Origin: a virus
Taxonomy: Duplodnaviria > Heunggongvirae > Uroviricota > Caudoviricetes
IMG/VR virus record: IMGVR_UViG_2630968701_000002
Direction: 5' to 3' (one strand)
Length of the DNA stretch: 64,000 bases
Shown here: positions 29,843 through 40,264 of the stretch, piece after piece
How the letters are laid out: each line of letters starts with the position of its first letter
Position numbering within the stretch: the first letter of the stretch is position 1
Position numbers and translations under genes: made by a program
The notes under the pieces: model-generated
What the model was told of the DNA's origin: nothing
Database searches by the model: none
Seen by the model: only the letters and a program-made list of their open reading frames with translations

Positions 29843-30238
29843 TTAATCCCATGTATCGTACACAGTCTCATATAAGCATTCTTCAGTTAATATATTTTCT
29901 ACTACAGATTCCGGAAAAATCTTTTTTACACAATCTTCACAGAAAACATCATAAGCACAATTTTCCATATATTCTTCCAAATCAATGCTATTCTTTAAAG
30001 AATAGCTTGGTTGGTACAAGTTCTCTCCTATTTTCATTTTTTTAAATCAGTTTCCACATCTGCAACTACCTGCTGTTTCATATGCTTCATATTCATTTCC
30101 ATCACAGTATCCAATTAAATCCACAGCAGTCCGGATCAGATCTTTTGCTGTATCTTTTCCAAATTCTCCATTATCGTATTTTTTAAAGATGCAGTTTACC
30201 ATATGGTTCGCTGCATGTCCAATCTGATGGCAACTCAT
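29843..30238 (-). pseudogene. Zn-finger protein interrupted by an in-frame TGA at 30047-30049
   Basis: MSCHQIG...CRCGN*FKKMKIGE...CEDC; the two track ORFs are in the same frame. Confidence 0.55.
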
Positions 30239-30562
30239 TTTCTTTACTCCTTTCGATTTTCCTTTTCTAATATAAATATGAGATTTTTCGCGAAAAAGAT
30301 TCTTCATATATAAAAAACAGACAATCATTACACTGCCTGTTTCATCACTCCAATTAAGGGTAAAGCAGGACCTCTCTATTTTACGGTATGACGCCCCTGA
30401 TAATACCAGCCTGTATGCCCGGAACAAGCTGCTTTCGCAAATTCCTCTTTCGTGAAACACCCTACCAGTTTGTCGTGATTGTCAAATACAATCCAGACAA
30501 TCCCATTAGAAATATTCATGTTGTCATTTTCACCTCCAAATGGTACAAATCCTCTTGCAAGT

Positions 30563-31312
30563 TTATAAAACTCGGATTATCTGTTCGTGAATACATGTTG
30601 CTCTTTCCCAATGATAAGTCTGGTTAATGTGCATATGACCAAACAACCAATGCTTATAATCAACTGTCTGTTTAATTTTCTGCAAATAATCGGTCAACCT
30701 ATCACTATCATACAATCCAGAACCACCATCCATCTGTTTAAGAAGTGAAGTATACGGACAATGAGTAATAATGTAATCAACTCTATTATTATATTTCTCC
30801 AAATTTTTCAGTCCGTTATTCATTTCTTCTTCATTTGGTAATTCTCTATCCCACCATGAAACATGATTGATACGAAACAACTTTGTATAATCCTTATACC
30901 AGGACTTAATTCTCGGATCATCTGCTTCTAAAATACCATCACGAATGTCATGACTACTTGCTCCGCCAAATGTAAAAAAAGTTTTATCTTCTATATTAAA
31001 TACTTCTCCACGCATAAGATGAATTACTGATGGTCTTACAAAATTCACTTTACCACCATGCAACTCAGAAACTGGAAGTGAATCGAGAATATCATAATTT
31101 TCATGATTACCTGACACAAACAATGTAGTAAATGGTTTGTCTTCTAACCAATCGAGATTATATTTTTCTCTGTTAGAATTATCCCAAAGTCCAAAATCTC
31201 CACAGATAATCACATAATCATCTTTTGTCATTTCTTTCTGTTCTGGAAATGAGTCAGTTTTAAGCCTGTTCATCCAATCTCCATGAGTATCACCTGTTAC
31301 ATAAACTGCCAT
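30563..31312 (-). CDS. Calcineurin-like metallophosphoesterase
   Basis: GDTHG, CGDFG, GNHEN, THCP, FGHMH. Confidence 0.9.
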   Translation of the reverse strand: MAVYVTGDTHGDWMNRLKTDSFPEQKEMTKDDYVIICGDFGLWDNSNREKYNLDWLEDKPFTTLFVSGNHENYDILDSLPVSELHGGKVNFVRPSVIHLMRGEVFNIEDKTFFTFGGASSHDIRDGILEADDPRIKSWYKDYTKLFRINHVSWWDRELPNEEEMNNGLKNLEKYNNRVDYIITHCPYTSLLKQMDGGSGLYDSDRLTDYLQKIKQTVDYKHWLFGHMHINQTYHWERATCIHEQIIRVL

Positions 31313-31435
31313 AATTTCACCTACTTTCTACTATATTATTCTCTTCTGTCTTCAATAACCTTTTCCACATCACACGCTGTCAGCTGTGCTTCCACGATTC
31401 TGTAAATATCCACGCTGCAATCAACTCCGTCAAAC

Positions 31436-32017
31436 TTATCCCATTATCGAGCAACCACATTTATTGCAATGATATGACTTGTGACCGTTGTATTTCGACA
31501 CATGTATTACAACATCTGCACCGCAATTAAAGCAATTACCGTTTATTGTTTGTGGTGTTGCGTATTCTTCCACTTCTTCGTCCTGCACGAATCTCTGACC
31601 GCACCAATAACATTGTTCTGTGCTATATGGCATTTCTCCGCATATAGGACACTCTGGAATCATTCCGTACCCATCGTTCACTATTGGAAGTTTGATTGGA
31701 TCTTTCTTTGCGTATATCTTCCATAATTCTTTACGTCTGTTCTCTTGTGCTTCATCATTCAGTCTTTCAATTCTTTCATGTTCTTCTTTATTCCACCAAT
31801 GAACGCAAGCCTTATCCGTTGGGTCAATGTCTATATCATAATTTTGCATCATACAGTGATAACCATATTTTTTGCGACCATAACTATTTCTTTTTTCGCA
31901 TCTTACGCACCCAGCGCATTTTTTATCTAACAGTTCTTCTGGATAAATAATCTTGTTATAATCTTCTTTTATTTTTTCAATCCCATCTGAAAATTTTATT
32001 TCACTCATCATTTTCAC
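31436..32017 (-). CDS. Multi-zinc-ribbon hypothetical protein
   Basis: Several CxxC pairs. Confidence 0.65.
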   Translation of the reverse strand: MKMMSEIKFSDGIEKIKEDYNKIIYPEELLDKKCAGCVRCEKRNSYGRKKYGYHCMMQNYDIDIDPTDKACVHWWNKEEHERIERLNDEAQENRRKELWKIYAKKDPIKLPIVNDGYGMIPECPICGEMPYSTEQCYWCGQRFVQDEEVEEYATPQTINGNCFNCGADVVIHVSKYNGHKSYHCNKCGCSIMG

Positions 32018-32597
32018 TCCAATCTAATTTCTGACAACACTCTTGACAGTATTTCATCTTCTTTCTTGCAAGCATTTCTGTTGTGCATAGGTTGGTTTTG
32101 CAGTTCGGGCATAAATCGTATGGTACTCCATCAATCCCATAATATCCTAAATTTAATTTTATGCTCTTTTCTTTATCATATTGTTCCGATGCAAAGAACT
32201 CTTTATCAAATTTTTGCACATACTCTTTTATATGTTTCTGAAGGATTTTAAACTTTGCATCCTTCTCCGGCAAATCTTGATGATTTATATAATCAATTGG
32301 ATATTCATTTACAATATCATTTTTTATTTCGTCACCAGAAACAACTTTCCAAAATATTTTCTGATTTAAGATTACATCCCTCATTGCAATATTTCCATGT
32401 AATAAGTTATAAACATTTAATAAAGATATCTTTACAACAATATATTCTCCATTTTCTATATCTGTACATAATGCCAAATAATATTGACACTCATCATCTT
32501 TACATAAGAAAAAAATTGGAACATATTCATAATCAACTAATATATGATCTAAATATATATTTTTATTATCCAAAATAAAACACAATTCTTTATTCAT
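32001..32597 (-). CDS. Hypothetical protein with C-terminal zinc ribbon
   Basis: CPNC...YCQECCQKLDWS phage-type tail. Confidence 0.6.
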   Translation of the reverse strand: MNKELCFILDNKNIYLDHILVDYEYVPIFFLCKDDECQYYLALCTDIENGEYIVVKISLLNVYNLLHGNIAMRDVILNQKIFWKVVSGDEIKNDIVNEYPIDYINHQDLPEKDAKFKILQKHIKEYVQKFDKEFFASEQYDKEKSIKLNLGYYGIDGVPYDLCPNCKTNLCTTEMLARKKMKYCQECCQKLDWSENDE

Positions 32598-32599
32598 TT

Positions 32600-33682
32600 T
32601 TATCCTCCATATTCTTTTACGAATCTTTTCAAAAGCATGACTGCTTTCTTTGGGGGAATTCCTCTTTTTCTTTCAGCACCAATTTCTTCAGTGATTTTTC
32701 CAAGACAGTGATCACTGATATTTTCATTAATATGAAAATCGTATCCTTCTAAGGAATACATATCTCTGTTAGCGTCTGGAAATTCATGATATCCAACTGG
32801 CTGCAAATTCCATAAATCGATTGCAAGATGCAACGCTTCATCCTTTAAATCATATAATTTAAATTTCTCATTTTTCGCACGATGTAACTGATAATGGGCA
32901 GCAGGATATTCTTTACGAAAACTGTGATACGCTCGATCAATGCTATTATGCTGAATATCTCTTTTTCTTTTTGCTTCCTTATTAATGCTGTATAAGCATT
33001 CTGCTACAATTTTTTGCGTTAGCTCTATGGAATTAATCTTTTCCAGTTCCTTTTCTGCTTTTTCTTTTAATTCATCCAGATACTTTTGCTCTCGATCAGA
33101 AAAATCATTCGGAATGATATTGACAACGATTGGTTTTACACGATATCGCGAATCATCAAATCCTATACATGCTTTGTAATGCGGAATTTTATTTTTTTTG
33201 ATCTGAGTCACAGTAAGTGTTGTCTCATGCCATCCATCCGGAAAAATTCTAAACGCATCGACATTCCCAAATTTGTTAACAGGTAACTTATATCCCATTT
33301 CCTTTGGAGCCAGAGGATTTGTACATTTTTTCATTGCATGCGAGATCCAATCACGCTGTAATTCCTGTGTTTCTTCAAAACGGTAATATATTTTGTCTGA
33401 TTTCAGATAACCACATAGTTTCTTCAATTTTACCTGATCCATTCGATTCTTCTCAGGATCTAAGGACGCATAGAAAATTCTCTTCTTGGAATTTGATAAG
33501 ATTCCTTTTTCCTGTTTGCAAGAAAGCCATTCAAAATTTTCTAATATATGTGTTGCCATATGAGAAAATGCCCGACCAAATTCCATTTTAAAGTTTGAAT
33601 CATCCAGGATCGTCACAACAATACAATCTTCTTTCTTTTCTAATTCACCCAGACAAACACAAGATTTTTTACTATTATCCAT
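32600..33682 (-). CDS. Hypothetical protein with YkyB-like C-terminal domain
   Basis: LYSINKEAK...LYDLKDEAL...GYH pattern. Confidence 0.5.
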   Translation of the reverse strand: MDNSKKSCVCLGELEKKEDCIVVTILDDSNFKMEFGRAFSHMATHILENFEWLSCKQEKGILSNSKKRIFYASLDPEKNRMDQVKLKKLCGYLKSDKIYYRFEETQELQRDWISHAMKKCTNPLAPKEMGYKLPVNKFGNVDAFRIFPDGWHETTLTVTQIKKNKIPHYKACIGFDDSRYRVKPIVVNIIPNDFSDREQKYLDELKEKAEKELEKINSIELTQKIVAECLYSINKEAKRKRDIQHNSIDRAYHSFRKEYPAAHYQLHRAKNEKFKLYDLKDEALHLAIDLWNLQPVGYHEFPDANRDMYSLEGYDFHINENISDHCLGKITEEIGAERKRGIPPKKAVMLLKRFVKEYGG

Positions 33683-33710
33683 GATCTTTCTCCTTCCTTA
33701 TTAGAAAAGA

Positions 33711-34022
33711 TTACAACCCCTGTACTTTTTCAGTTAACAGATCATCCATTTCTTTTCTGAGTTTTGCAATATAATCAACAATTTCTTTTAATTCTGTATC
33801 AGCATTGTTATTAATCTGATCACGGACCATTTCTTCCATCGCAGCTTTAATTGCAGTTTCAATCTTAGAATAATATCCAATATTCTTGTAACCTTTTACA
33901 TGATCTTCAGCTTCTTCTGTAAATTCTAAGTCTGATGTGTCTTTCTTGGAAAGTTTTTTCATTAGAATATAAGATTTTGTTCCTGCTTTGATATAATAAT
34001 CATTTTTAATATGTAACATCAC
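33711..34022 (-). CDS. Phage-type hypothetical protein (DUF5405-like)
   Basis: YYIKA...YIL...GYYSKIETAI. Confidence 0.5.
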   Translation of the reverse strand: MMLHIKNDYYIKAGTKSYILMKKLSKKDTSDLEFTEEAEDHVKGYKNIGYYSKIETAIKAAMEEMVRDQINNNADTELKEIVDYIAKLRKEMDDLLTEKVQGL

Positions 34023-34297
34023 GCTTCTTCCTTTCTTGTTTGATTGATTTCTTTTGCCTGTTCACTGATTTTTTTAATATCCCCGCAACTGACTACATTT
34101 GCAATTCCAAAATTATCCAAATGACCATATAAACAAAGGTCTCTTGCAATGATCAGCTCACTATACAGTTTACTGAATATAGGATTATCTTCGTTGTCGT
34201 AGTAAGCACTATAAAGCGCTTCACAAAGACATTTGACTTCTTCTGCATCAAGTTTCGTTTCTACAAAATTGTCATGCTCTATTTTCTCAATATGCAT
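34019..34297 (-). CDS. Hypothetical protein
   Basis: 92-aa ORF, first of its unit. Confidence 0.55.
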   Translation of the reverse strand: MHIEKIEHDNFVETKLDAEEVKCLCEALYSAYYDNEDNPIFSKLYSELIIARDLCLYGHLDNFGIANVVSCGDIKKISEQAKEINQTRKEEA

Positions 34298-34420
34298 ACT
34301 TAATCTCCTTTCGATTTACTTTCTAATATAAATATGAGAGAAATTTCAGGTTTTGTTTTTCACATATAAAAAAATGGACAAGCAGTACGCTCATCCATTC
34401 TTTTTGAGAAAATTATAAGA

Positions 34421-36175
34421 CTAGATTCCAAAGTCTGCAAATGACATCTGATGCACATTCGTAATTTTGATCCCGATTTCTTTCGAAACATGAAGTTTCG
34501 CTTCTGGCGTTTCAAACTCATATGCTTCGATTGGATCATGAAGATATCCGATTTCTTTTAATCCCTGGATCATCTCATCCATTTTTTGATCAAACCGTTT
34601 TCTTTCTTTCCCAACCGGATAGACATAAATTGTTTTTCCTTGATGCTCCGCTTTTCCAATATCAGCATGACCAACTAAGTAATCATTTCTTCCAGAAAGC
34701 TTGTCTTTTACATAACAGGCAAACGCTCTTGCAAATAGCTCCTCATTACTTGTCCAATAACCATGACCAGATGCATTAAACATTTCACCAAAAGTACTGG
34801 AATCTGAATAATACTTTGTGATTCCATGATTTTCATTCAGACACAAAGCATGAATAACAGAACGAAAGCATTCTGGGATTTTTGGATCAATCAGAGCCAT
34901 AGATGCAAGTTTTCCAAATCTATGAATTTCAGACATTTTTCCGATATAATCATCCAATGCGTGTCCCCATTCATGAGCAAGCGATCCTGCTCCTTTCATT
35001 TTAGTGAGATTGATCACTTCTCTTTCAGGTTCATAATGAGCTAATGCTCCACTGCGACCCCTTGCTCCAAATGCGATTGCAAGTGCTCCTGTTTCTAAAC
35101 CGATCAATCCAATATCTCTTCTTGAAATATTTAAAGCGTCAGCCATATCACAAAAGGCATCAAATGCCATATTCAGATTGACCTGGCGATCGTGATCATT
35201 GGTCCAGTTTCCAAATTCTCCGCCACGGATTCCAAAGCATTTCATAAAATCATCTCCTGTCACATTGTGACCATGACGATGATCTTTCCCCTCTCTTTTT
35301 AAATGAGTCAGTTGAGGTGGAATCCATTTTCCTTTTTTCTGTTTTCGTGGATTAGATTTTTTTGGTTTTTTTGCTTCAGATTCAACTCTTAATTTTACTA
35401 ATCGATCGATTATATCTTCCAAAATCTCTTTGTATTTATCAAATGCAATCACTGAATGAGATTGTTTATTCAATAATACATATTGGTCGATTGAAACACC
35501 TGATAAATCCATATCCTTCAAGGAATAAAAAAATTTTGAATATCCTTTTCGAATGACTAAATATGTTTCTTTCAAATCAGCTTTTTCAATTCTACAATTT
35601 ATTCCATCCATGTATTGGATTTCATAATCGTGTCGATAGAATTCTTCTTTGGTCCAACCAAATCCCTTCTTGTCCATTTCCTCTTTTAAACGGGAAAAAG
35701 AGTTATTGCTTTTATTATGCAACTTTAACAATTTACGACCATTGATCACCCCATGGAATTCATCGTTTAATTCATAATATACTCCATGGGAATGATGAAA
35801 TATCTTTCCATACAGCATATCTTCATTTAATTTTGCAGCTTCGACAGCATTTACAGCGCCTAAGATATAATCACGAAAAGAAGTAACTCCTTTGATATAT
35901 TTCTCAATTGCTGCTTCATCCGATCCAATATATTTCAGATCAGGATAAATACAGGAATGAATCTGTTTCAGCCAATATACGTAAATTCTTGGCTGTGTCT
36001 TTAAAAGAGATTTCTCATCGATTTTTTTCCAGATATTATCTCTTTTAATGTATTTTACTTTTTCTCCTGATGTCATTTTAAGAATATCATCTAAGATCAG
36101 TCCTCTTAATGCCCATACATCTTTTCTTGCGCCTCCGATTTTTTCTCCGAAATCTTTGATCTCTTTCATTATCAT
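34421..36175 (-). CDS. Large-polyvalent-protein domain protein (LPD1 plus zincin-like HExxH)
   Basis: DFGEKIGGARKD, FGIRGGEFGNW, AFGARG, AHYEP, SLAHEWGHALD, YW...ELFARAFACYV. Confidence 0.8.
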   Translation of the reverse strand: MIMKEIKDFGEKIGGARKDVWALRGLILDDILKMTSGEKVKYIKRDNIWKKIDEKSLLKTQPRIYVYWLKQIHSCIYPDLKYIGSDEAAIEKYIKGVTSFRDYILGAVNAVEAAKLNEDMLYGKIFHHSHGVYYELNDEFHGVINGRKLLKLHNKSNNSFSRLKEEMDKKGFGWTKEEFYRHDYEIQYMDGINCRIEKADLKETYLVIRKGYSKFFYSLKDMDLSGVSIDQYVLLNKQSHSVIAFDKYKEILEDIIDRLVKLRVESEAKKPKKSNPRKQKKGKWIPPQLTHLKREGKDHRHGHNVTGDDFMKCFGIRGGEFGNWTNDHDRQVNLNMAFDAFCDMADALNISRRDIGLIGLETGALAIAFGARGRSGALAHYEPEREVINLTKMKGAGSLAHEWGHALDDYIGKMSEIHRFGKLASMALIDPKIPECFRSVIHALCLNENHGITKYYSDSSTFGEMFNASGHGYWTSNEELFARAFACYVKDKLSGRNDYLVGHADIGKAEHQGKTIYVYPVGKERKRFDQKMDEMIQGLKEIGYLHDPIEAYEFETPEAKLHVSKEIGIKITNVHQMSFADFGI

Positions 36176-36311
36176 TTTCTCCTTTCTCTCTATTCGTCAT
36201 GTTCTACATGGTAAATATGAAAGATGGGAAAATTAATAAAAAAAAGAACAGCGAAAAAGTTGCTGTTCTAATTGACATGTTGCAACAAATGATGCAACAA
36301 TTGTGTTTATA

Positions 36312-36905
36312 TTATTTCAGATGCTTATCAATTGCATTAACAGATGCAGATTGGTCTTCCATATAAAAATGTACGGGATCATGTGTATTCATTCGTTGTC
36401 GAAACTTAATTTCAAAATATTTTACATTATGACTCTCCAAAAATTTAAGGTTCCCTGCTCGAATTGAACACATGTGTTTACGTATCTCTTTGTCTGGATA
36501 TAATTGTTCGAATGCTTTATAAAAATATTCTTGAAAATATAAAATAGAATAAGGATGATTTAATTCGTTGACAAACAAAAATTCTATTTTCGTATTTTCC
36601 ATTCGCTTTGTTAAAATGGATAAAGATTTTTGATCTAGCTTCACATTAATGGGAGTCTTAAATTTTATAGAGTTTCCATAAATTCGACCGCTGACAATAT
36701 TGTTATTTTCATCTTTTACAAGAGTTATATTTTCTTTTTTTAGATTTAGAATATCTTTTTCATGTAATCCTGTACGAAATGCGATTTCGAAAAAATCGAT
36801 GAAATCTTTTGGAAAATTCATTCTTCGAATTGCATCAAATTCTTCTACGGTAACATACCATTCGTCAGTAAGATACCATGGTTTCTCCTGATTCAATGAA
36901 TACAT
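36312..36905 (-). CDS. Tyrosine recombinase catalytic-domain-only protein, degenerate
   Basis: RTGLHEKDILNLK (box I Arg replaced by His); CSIR in place of HxxR. Confidence 0.75.
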   Translation of the reverse strand: MYSLNQEKPWYLTDEWYVTVEEFDAIRRMNFPKDFIDFFEIAFRTGLHEKDILNLKKENITLVKDENNNIVSGRIYGNSIKFKTPINVKLDQKSLSILTKRMENTKIEFLFVNELNHPYSILYFQEYFYKAFEQLYPDKEIRKHMCSIRAGNLKFLESHNVKYFEIKFRQRMNTHDPVHFYMEDQSASVNAIDKHLK

Positions 36906-36917
36906 AATTATTCTCCT

Positions 36918-37511
36918 TTATTTTAGATATTTGTTAATTGCATTAACAGATGCTGATTGTTCTGCCATATAGGTATATGTAGGTCCATATATCGTTAAGC
37001 ATTGTCGAAATTCGATTTCAGAATGATTAACATTGTACATTTCCAAGAATTTACGATTTCCTGAACGTATCGTATGAATGCTTTTATGAAACTTCACATC
37101 TGGATATAATTGATCAAATGCTTTTCGGAAATATTTTTTAAAGTATTCAATTGTATAAGAATCTCCAGATCTGTTAAAAAACAAGAAATCTGATTTTGTA
37201 TTCTCCAAACGATTTTTCAAAATGGATAATGATATTTGATCCAATTTAATATTGATCGGAGTCTGTGATTTTGTCTTTAAAGCAGTTCCATGAATCCGTC
37301 CAGTCGAATTTCCATTATCATCTTTTTTGAGTTTAACATTCTCTTTCTTTAAATTCAAAATATCGGCAGCTCTTAATCCGGTTCTGAATCCAATCTCCAA
37401 GAAATCCAAAAAGTCTTTTGGAAAATCCATTCTTCGGATTGTATTAAACTCTTCGACCGTTAGATAGTTTTTATCATTTTCTGGATCTGTTTTAGTATTT
37501 TTTTTAATCAT
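36918..37511 (-). CDS. Tyrosine recombinase catalytic-domain-only protein
   Basis: RTGLRAADILNLK, HTIR, terminal TYTY; the best-preserved active site of the three. Confidence 0.8.
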   Translation of the reverse strand: MIKKNTKTDPENDKNYLTVEEFNTIRRMDFPKDFLDFLEIGFRTGLRAADILNLKKENVKLKKDDNGNSTGRIHGTALKTKSQTPINIKLDQISLSILKNRLENTKSDFLFFNRSGDSYTIEYFKKYFRKAFDQLYPDVKFHKSIHTIRSGNRKFLEMYNVNHSEIEFRQCLTIYGPTYTYMAEQSASVNAINKYLK

Positions 37512-37551
37512 AATTGGCACTCCTTTCATATCTTTGATTTTTCAAAATTTT

Positions 37552-38106
37552 TCACTTCAAAAACTTGTTAATTACATAAAGTGAATTCGATTGATCTTCT
37601 ACATATAAATCATTATCATAAGCACTACGAAAACATTGACGATACTCTATCTCTGCAACTGAAACATTATGCATATATAAAAAATCACGATTCCCTCTAC
37701 GGATTGAAGTAATATCTTTGTGGATTAGTAAATCAGGATACATGCTTTTATGAGCTTCTTCATAATATTTTCCAAAATAACCAGGTTTATAAATATTTCC
37801 GAATTTATCGACAAACAAATTATTGACTTCAGCATTCTTTAGACGACGTTTTAAGATGTCCAAGGATATTTTATCTAATGCAACATCCATTGAGAGATTT
37901 GTTTTTTGTGCATTTCCAATAATTCTTTCTTTTTTTAGATTAATATTTTCCTTTTTTAAATTCAAGATATCGTTTAATCTTAATCCTGTTCGAAACCCGA
38001 TCTCTAAGAAATCAAGAAAATCCTGCGGAAGATCCATTTTTCGGATCAGATGAAATTCTTCTACTGTAAGATATTCATCTGGATTTAAAAATAAATGCTC
38101 TCTCAT
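37552..38106 (-). CDS. Tyrosine recombinase catalytic-domain-only protein, degenerate
   Basis: RTGLRLNDILNLK; TSIR in place of HxxR. Confidence 0.75.
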   Translation of the reverse strand: MREHLFLNPDEYLTVEEFHLIRKMDLPQDFLDFLEIGFRTGLRLNDILNLKKENINLKKERIIGNAQKTNLSMDVALDKISLDILKRRLKNAEVNNLFVDKFGNIYKPGYFGKYYEEAHKSMYPDLLIHKDITSIRRGNRDFLYMHNVSVAEIEYRQCFRSAYDNDLYVEDQSNSLYVINKFLK

Positions 38107-38108
38107 AG

Positions 38109-38378
38109 CTAATTCTCCTTTTTATTTTCACGCTTCTTTTCTTCATTATAATGTTTCCAAAATTCTTTCTCAAGCTTCTCCAGATTCTGATCATAGATTT
38201 CTGGCAAAAAGATTTCTTTTCCACATTCATTACAGAATCCAAATACTTCTTTCCATGCAAATCGAATACCTTTGATATTTTCTTCTGCCTTTCGATCATG
38301 GATCTTATAAGAAGTTCTTTTTCTGCAATGTGGACAAAGTAGCTGCGGGTATTTTTGTTTGTATGATGTATATGACAT
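38109..38378 (-). CDS. YgiT/MqsA-type zinc finger without HTH
   Basis: CPHC...FCNECGKEIF..E..DQNL. Confidence 0.65.
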   Translation of the reverse strand: MSYTSYKQKYPQLLCPHCRKRTSYKIHDRKAEENIKGIRFAWKEVFGFCNECGKEIFLPEIYDQNLEKLEKEFWKHYNEEKKRENKKEN

Positions 38379-38391
38379 GATTTTCCTCCTA

Positions 38392-38718
38392 TTAATCTTT
38401 CTGTTCTACAACTCTTCCGTTGATATATTTGCATGGTTTTAAGTGCTTTCCTACGTATTGAACCATACGTCCAGCTCTACCTTCCTGATAATATACTGCT
38501 TTTGTATAATCATCATAATATAAATAGTTATTGATTTTCACAAATTTTACTTCCCGTTGAATCCCATTTTCATCAGTATAATATCGATCTGATTTTTGAT
38601 GATTATCGGCCTTGTAAAGCCAGAAGCCTCCAATTAATACAACGATACATATAATTGTTAAGACAATATATTCACCTAAAAGCTTATTATCAATCCAATG
38701 AAAAAATTTTTTAAACAT
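38392..38718 (-). CDS. Single-TM membrane-anchored protein, family C
   Basis: TM then YYTDENGIQREVK...KHLKPCKYINGRVVE. Confidence 0.7.
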   Translation of the reverse strand: MFKKFFHWIDNKLLGEYIVLTIICIVVLIGGFWLYKADNHQKSDRYYTDENGIQREVKFVKINNYLYYDDYTKAVYYQEGRAGRMVQYVGKHLKPCKYINGRVVEQKD

Positions 38719-38742
38719 CGTTCTTTTTCCTTTCATTTTTTT

Positions 38743-38865
38743 TCACGACATCATATATATAACAATATTTGCTGCTATTGCAATCGTTGCAACGACCACA
38801 ATGATAGTGCATGAGACGATTGCAAGCCAATTATCCTTACACCATATATATAACCTTTTTAACAT
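38743..38865 (-). CDS. 40-aa TM peptide, N-terminus resembles family C
   Basis: Hand translation MLKRLYIWCKDNWLAIVSCTIIVVVATIAIAANIVIYMMS; not in track. Confidence 0.45.
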   Translation of the reverse strand: MLKRLYIWCKDNWLAIVSCTIIVVVATIAIAANIVIYMMS

Positions 38866-38867
38866 GA

Positions 38868-39212
38868 TTAATCTCCCTTCTTCTCCACAATTCTTCCATT
38901 AACATATTTACATGGTCTTAGATGTTCTCCAAGATATGAAGTCATATGTCCATCATTCCCATGTGCTTTATCATTCCAATAAACAGCTTTTGTTGCGCTG
39001 TCATAGACAAGTCGGTCATTAATCCTTATCAACTTTACTTGTCGTTCTACACCATTTGCATCAATATAATATTGAGGGGTAACATCCTGTTTAACTAATG
39101 CAAAGGCTTCAAAACCAACCATTATGATTGCTATTAATAATAATATAACAAGTGGGGCAATTGGAGAAGGACAATTTTCTTTTACCCATTTTCGTAGTTT
39201 TTTTAACATCAT
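38868..39212 (-). CDS. Single-TM membrane-anchored protein, family C
   Basis: YYIDANGVERQVK...EHLRPCKYVNGRIVE. Confidence 0.7.
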   Translation of the reverse strand: MMLKKLRKWVKENCPSPIAPLVILLLIAIIMVGFEAFALVKQDVTPQYYIDANGVERQVKLIRINDRLVYDSATKAVYWNDKAHGNDGHMTSYLGEHLRPCKYVNGRIVEKKGD

Positions 39213-39375
39213 TCATCACTCCTTTTTTATTCTTCATCATTATAAATATGAGTGAAATTATCGCTTTCATTTTTCACATATAAAAAAGTCAGTCCCGATA
39301 AATTATCGAAACTGACTACAAAATAATGATTCATTCCTTTTTCCTTATCTGATCTTTAATTTAATACAAGAACAT

Positions 39376-39585
39376 CTATAAAATCATATGACATGGTTTT
39401 AAGATCCAAAAAGCATCTGGATATTTTGGAGCATTCGCAGATAAAAATGCATTTGCTTCATCAATAGATCCTGTATTAATTTCCTCATGAATATCGATAC
39501 CACCAGTGACACCAAACTCCATGCAAATTAATGTGTAAAAATTTATATTTTTCTCATTCAGCATATCGATCAGCTCCCCTTTCAC
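39376..39585 (-). CDS. Small hypothetical protein
   Basis: 69-aa ORF. Confidence 0.45.
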   Translation of the reverse strand: MKGELIDMLNEKNINFYTLICMEFGVTGGIDIHEEINTGSIDEANAFLSANAPKYPDAFWILKPCHMIL

Positions 39586-39681
39586 ATTAAATGTAAAGCT
39601 GAATCAAATTGCATGGAATGAATCATCTGTTAGAGTATAACAGACAAAATATATCAATGTATACAGGAAATTACTGGTAGT

Positions 39682-39861
39682 TTATCCTTCCATCAGAAAT
39701 GATTCTACATCTTTCATGGAACCCAACTGAAATTTTTCTCCATTCCCAATAGCTCCGTAATACATTCCATTCTCATCTACAAAAAAGTTGTAATCTGAAT
39801 TTGAATATATTTCATATGCTTCTTTTCCCAACTGATCTGGTGCAAATTCTACTTTTCTCAT
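39682..39861 (-). CDS. Small hypothetical protein
   Basis: RBS GAGGAG before MRKVEF. Confidence 0.5.
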   Translation of the reverse strand: MRKVEFAPDQLGKEAYEIYSNSDYNFFVDENGMYYGAIGNGEKFQLGSMKDVESFLMEG

Positions 39862-39862
39862 A

Positions 39863-40264
39863 TTATTTCTCCTCATTTTTATCATATTTATGTTTCAATT
39901 CTGGATTATCGAAAATATTTCCTATGATTACACACTCTTCTGGATCTTGTGCTTCTCCGAAGAAATGGTTATACATCCATCCTTTTCTTGTAAGTGTCCA
40001 AGATGCATACTTCTCGTTCCAATGGACAATTGTACAACTTCCACATTTAAGAATGTCATTTTCAAAAATCAGCCTTCCATTCTTATCTCTTAGTCCTGTG
40101 CATTGACAGATGGTAGACTCATCTACTTGATGAGTCAGATTATTATTTTCAAAAGGTTGCTCAAAAATATAATGTTTTCCCATGAATACATAGTAAAATC
40201 CTTGCACCCATTCTCCATTGTCAATCCGTTTCGCTTTAAACAAAAATCTATTGTTAATTTCCAC
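39863..40264 (-). CDS. YopX-family protein
   Basis: FKAKRIDNGEWVQG...CQCTGLRDKNGRLIFENDI...IGNIFDNPEL. Confidence 0.9.
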   Translation of the reverse strand: MEINNRFLFKAKRIDNGEWVQGFYYVFMGKHYIFEQPFENNNLTHQVDESTICQCTGLRDKNGRLIFENDILKCGSCTIVHWNEKYASWTLTRKGWMYNHFFGEAQDPEECVIIGNIFDNPELKHKYDKNEEK

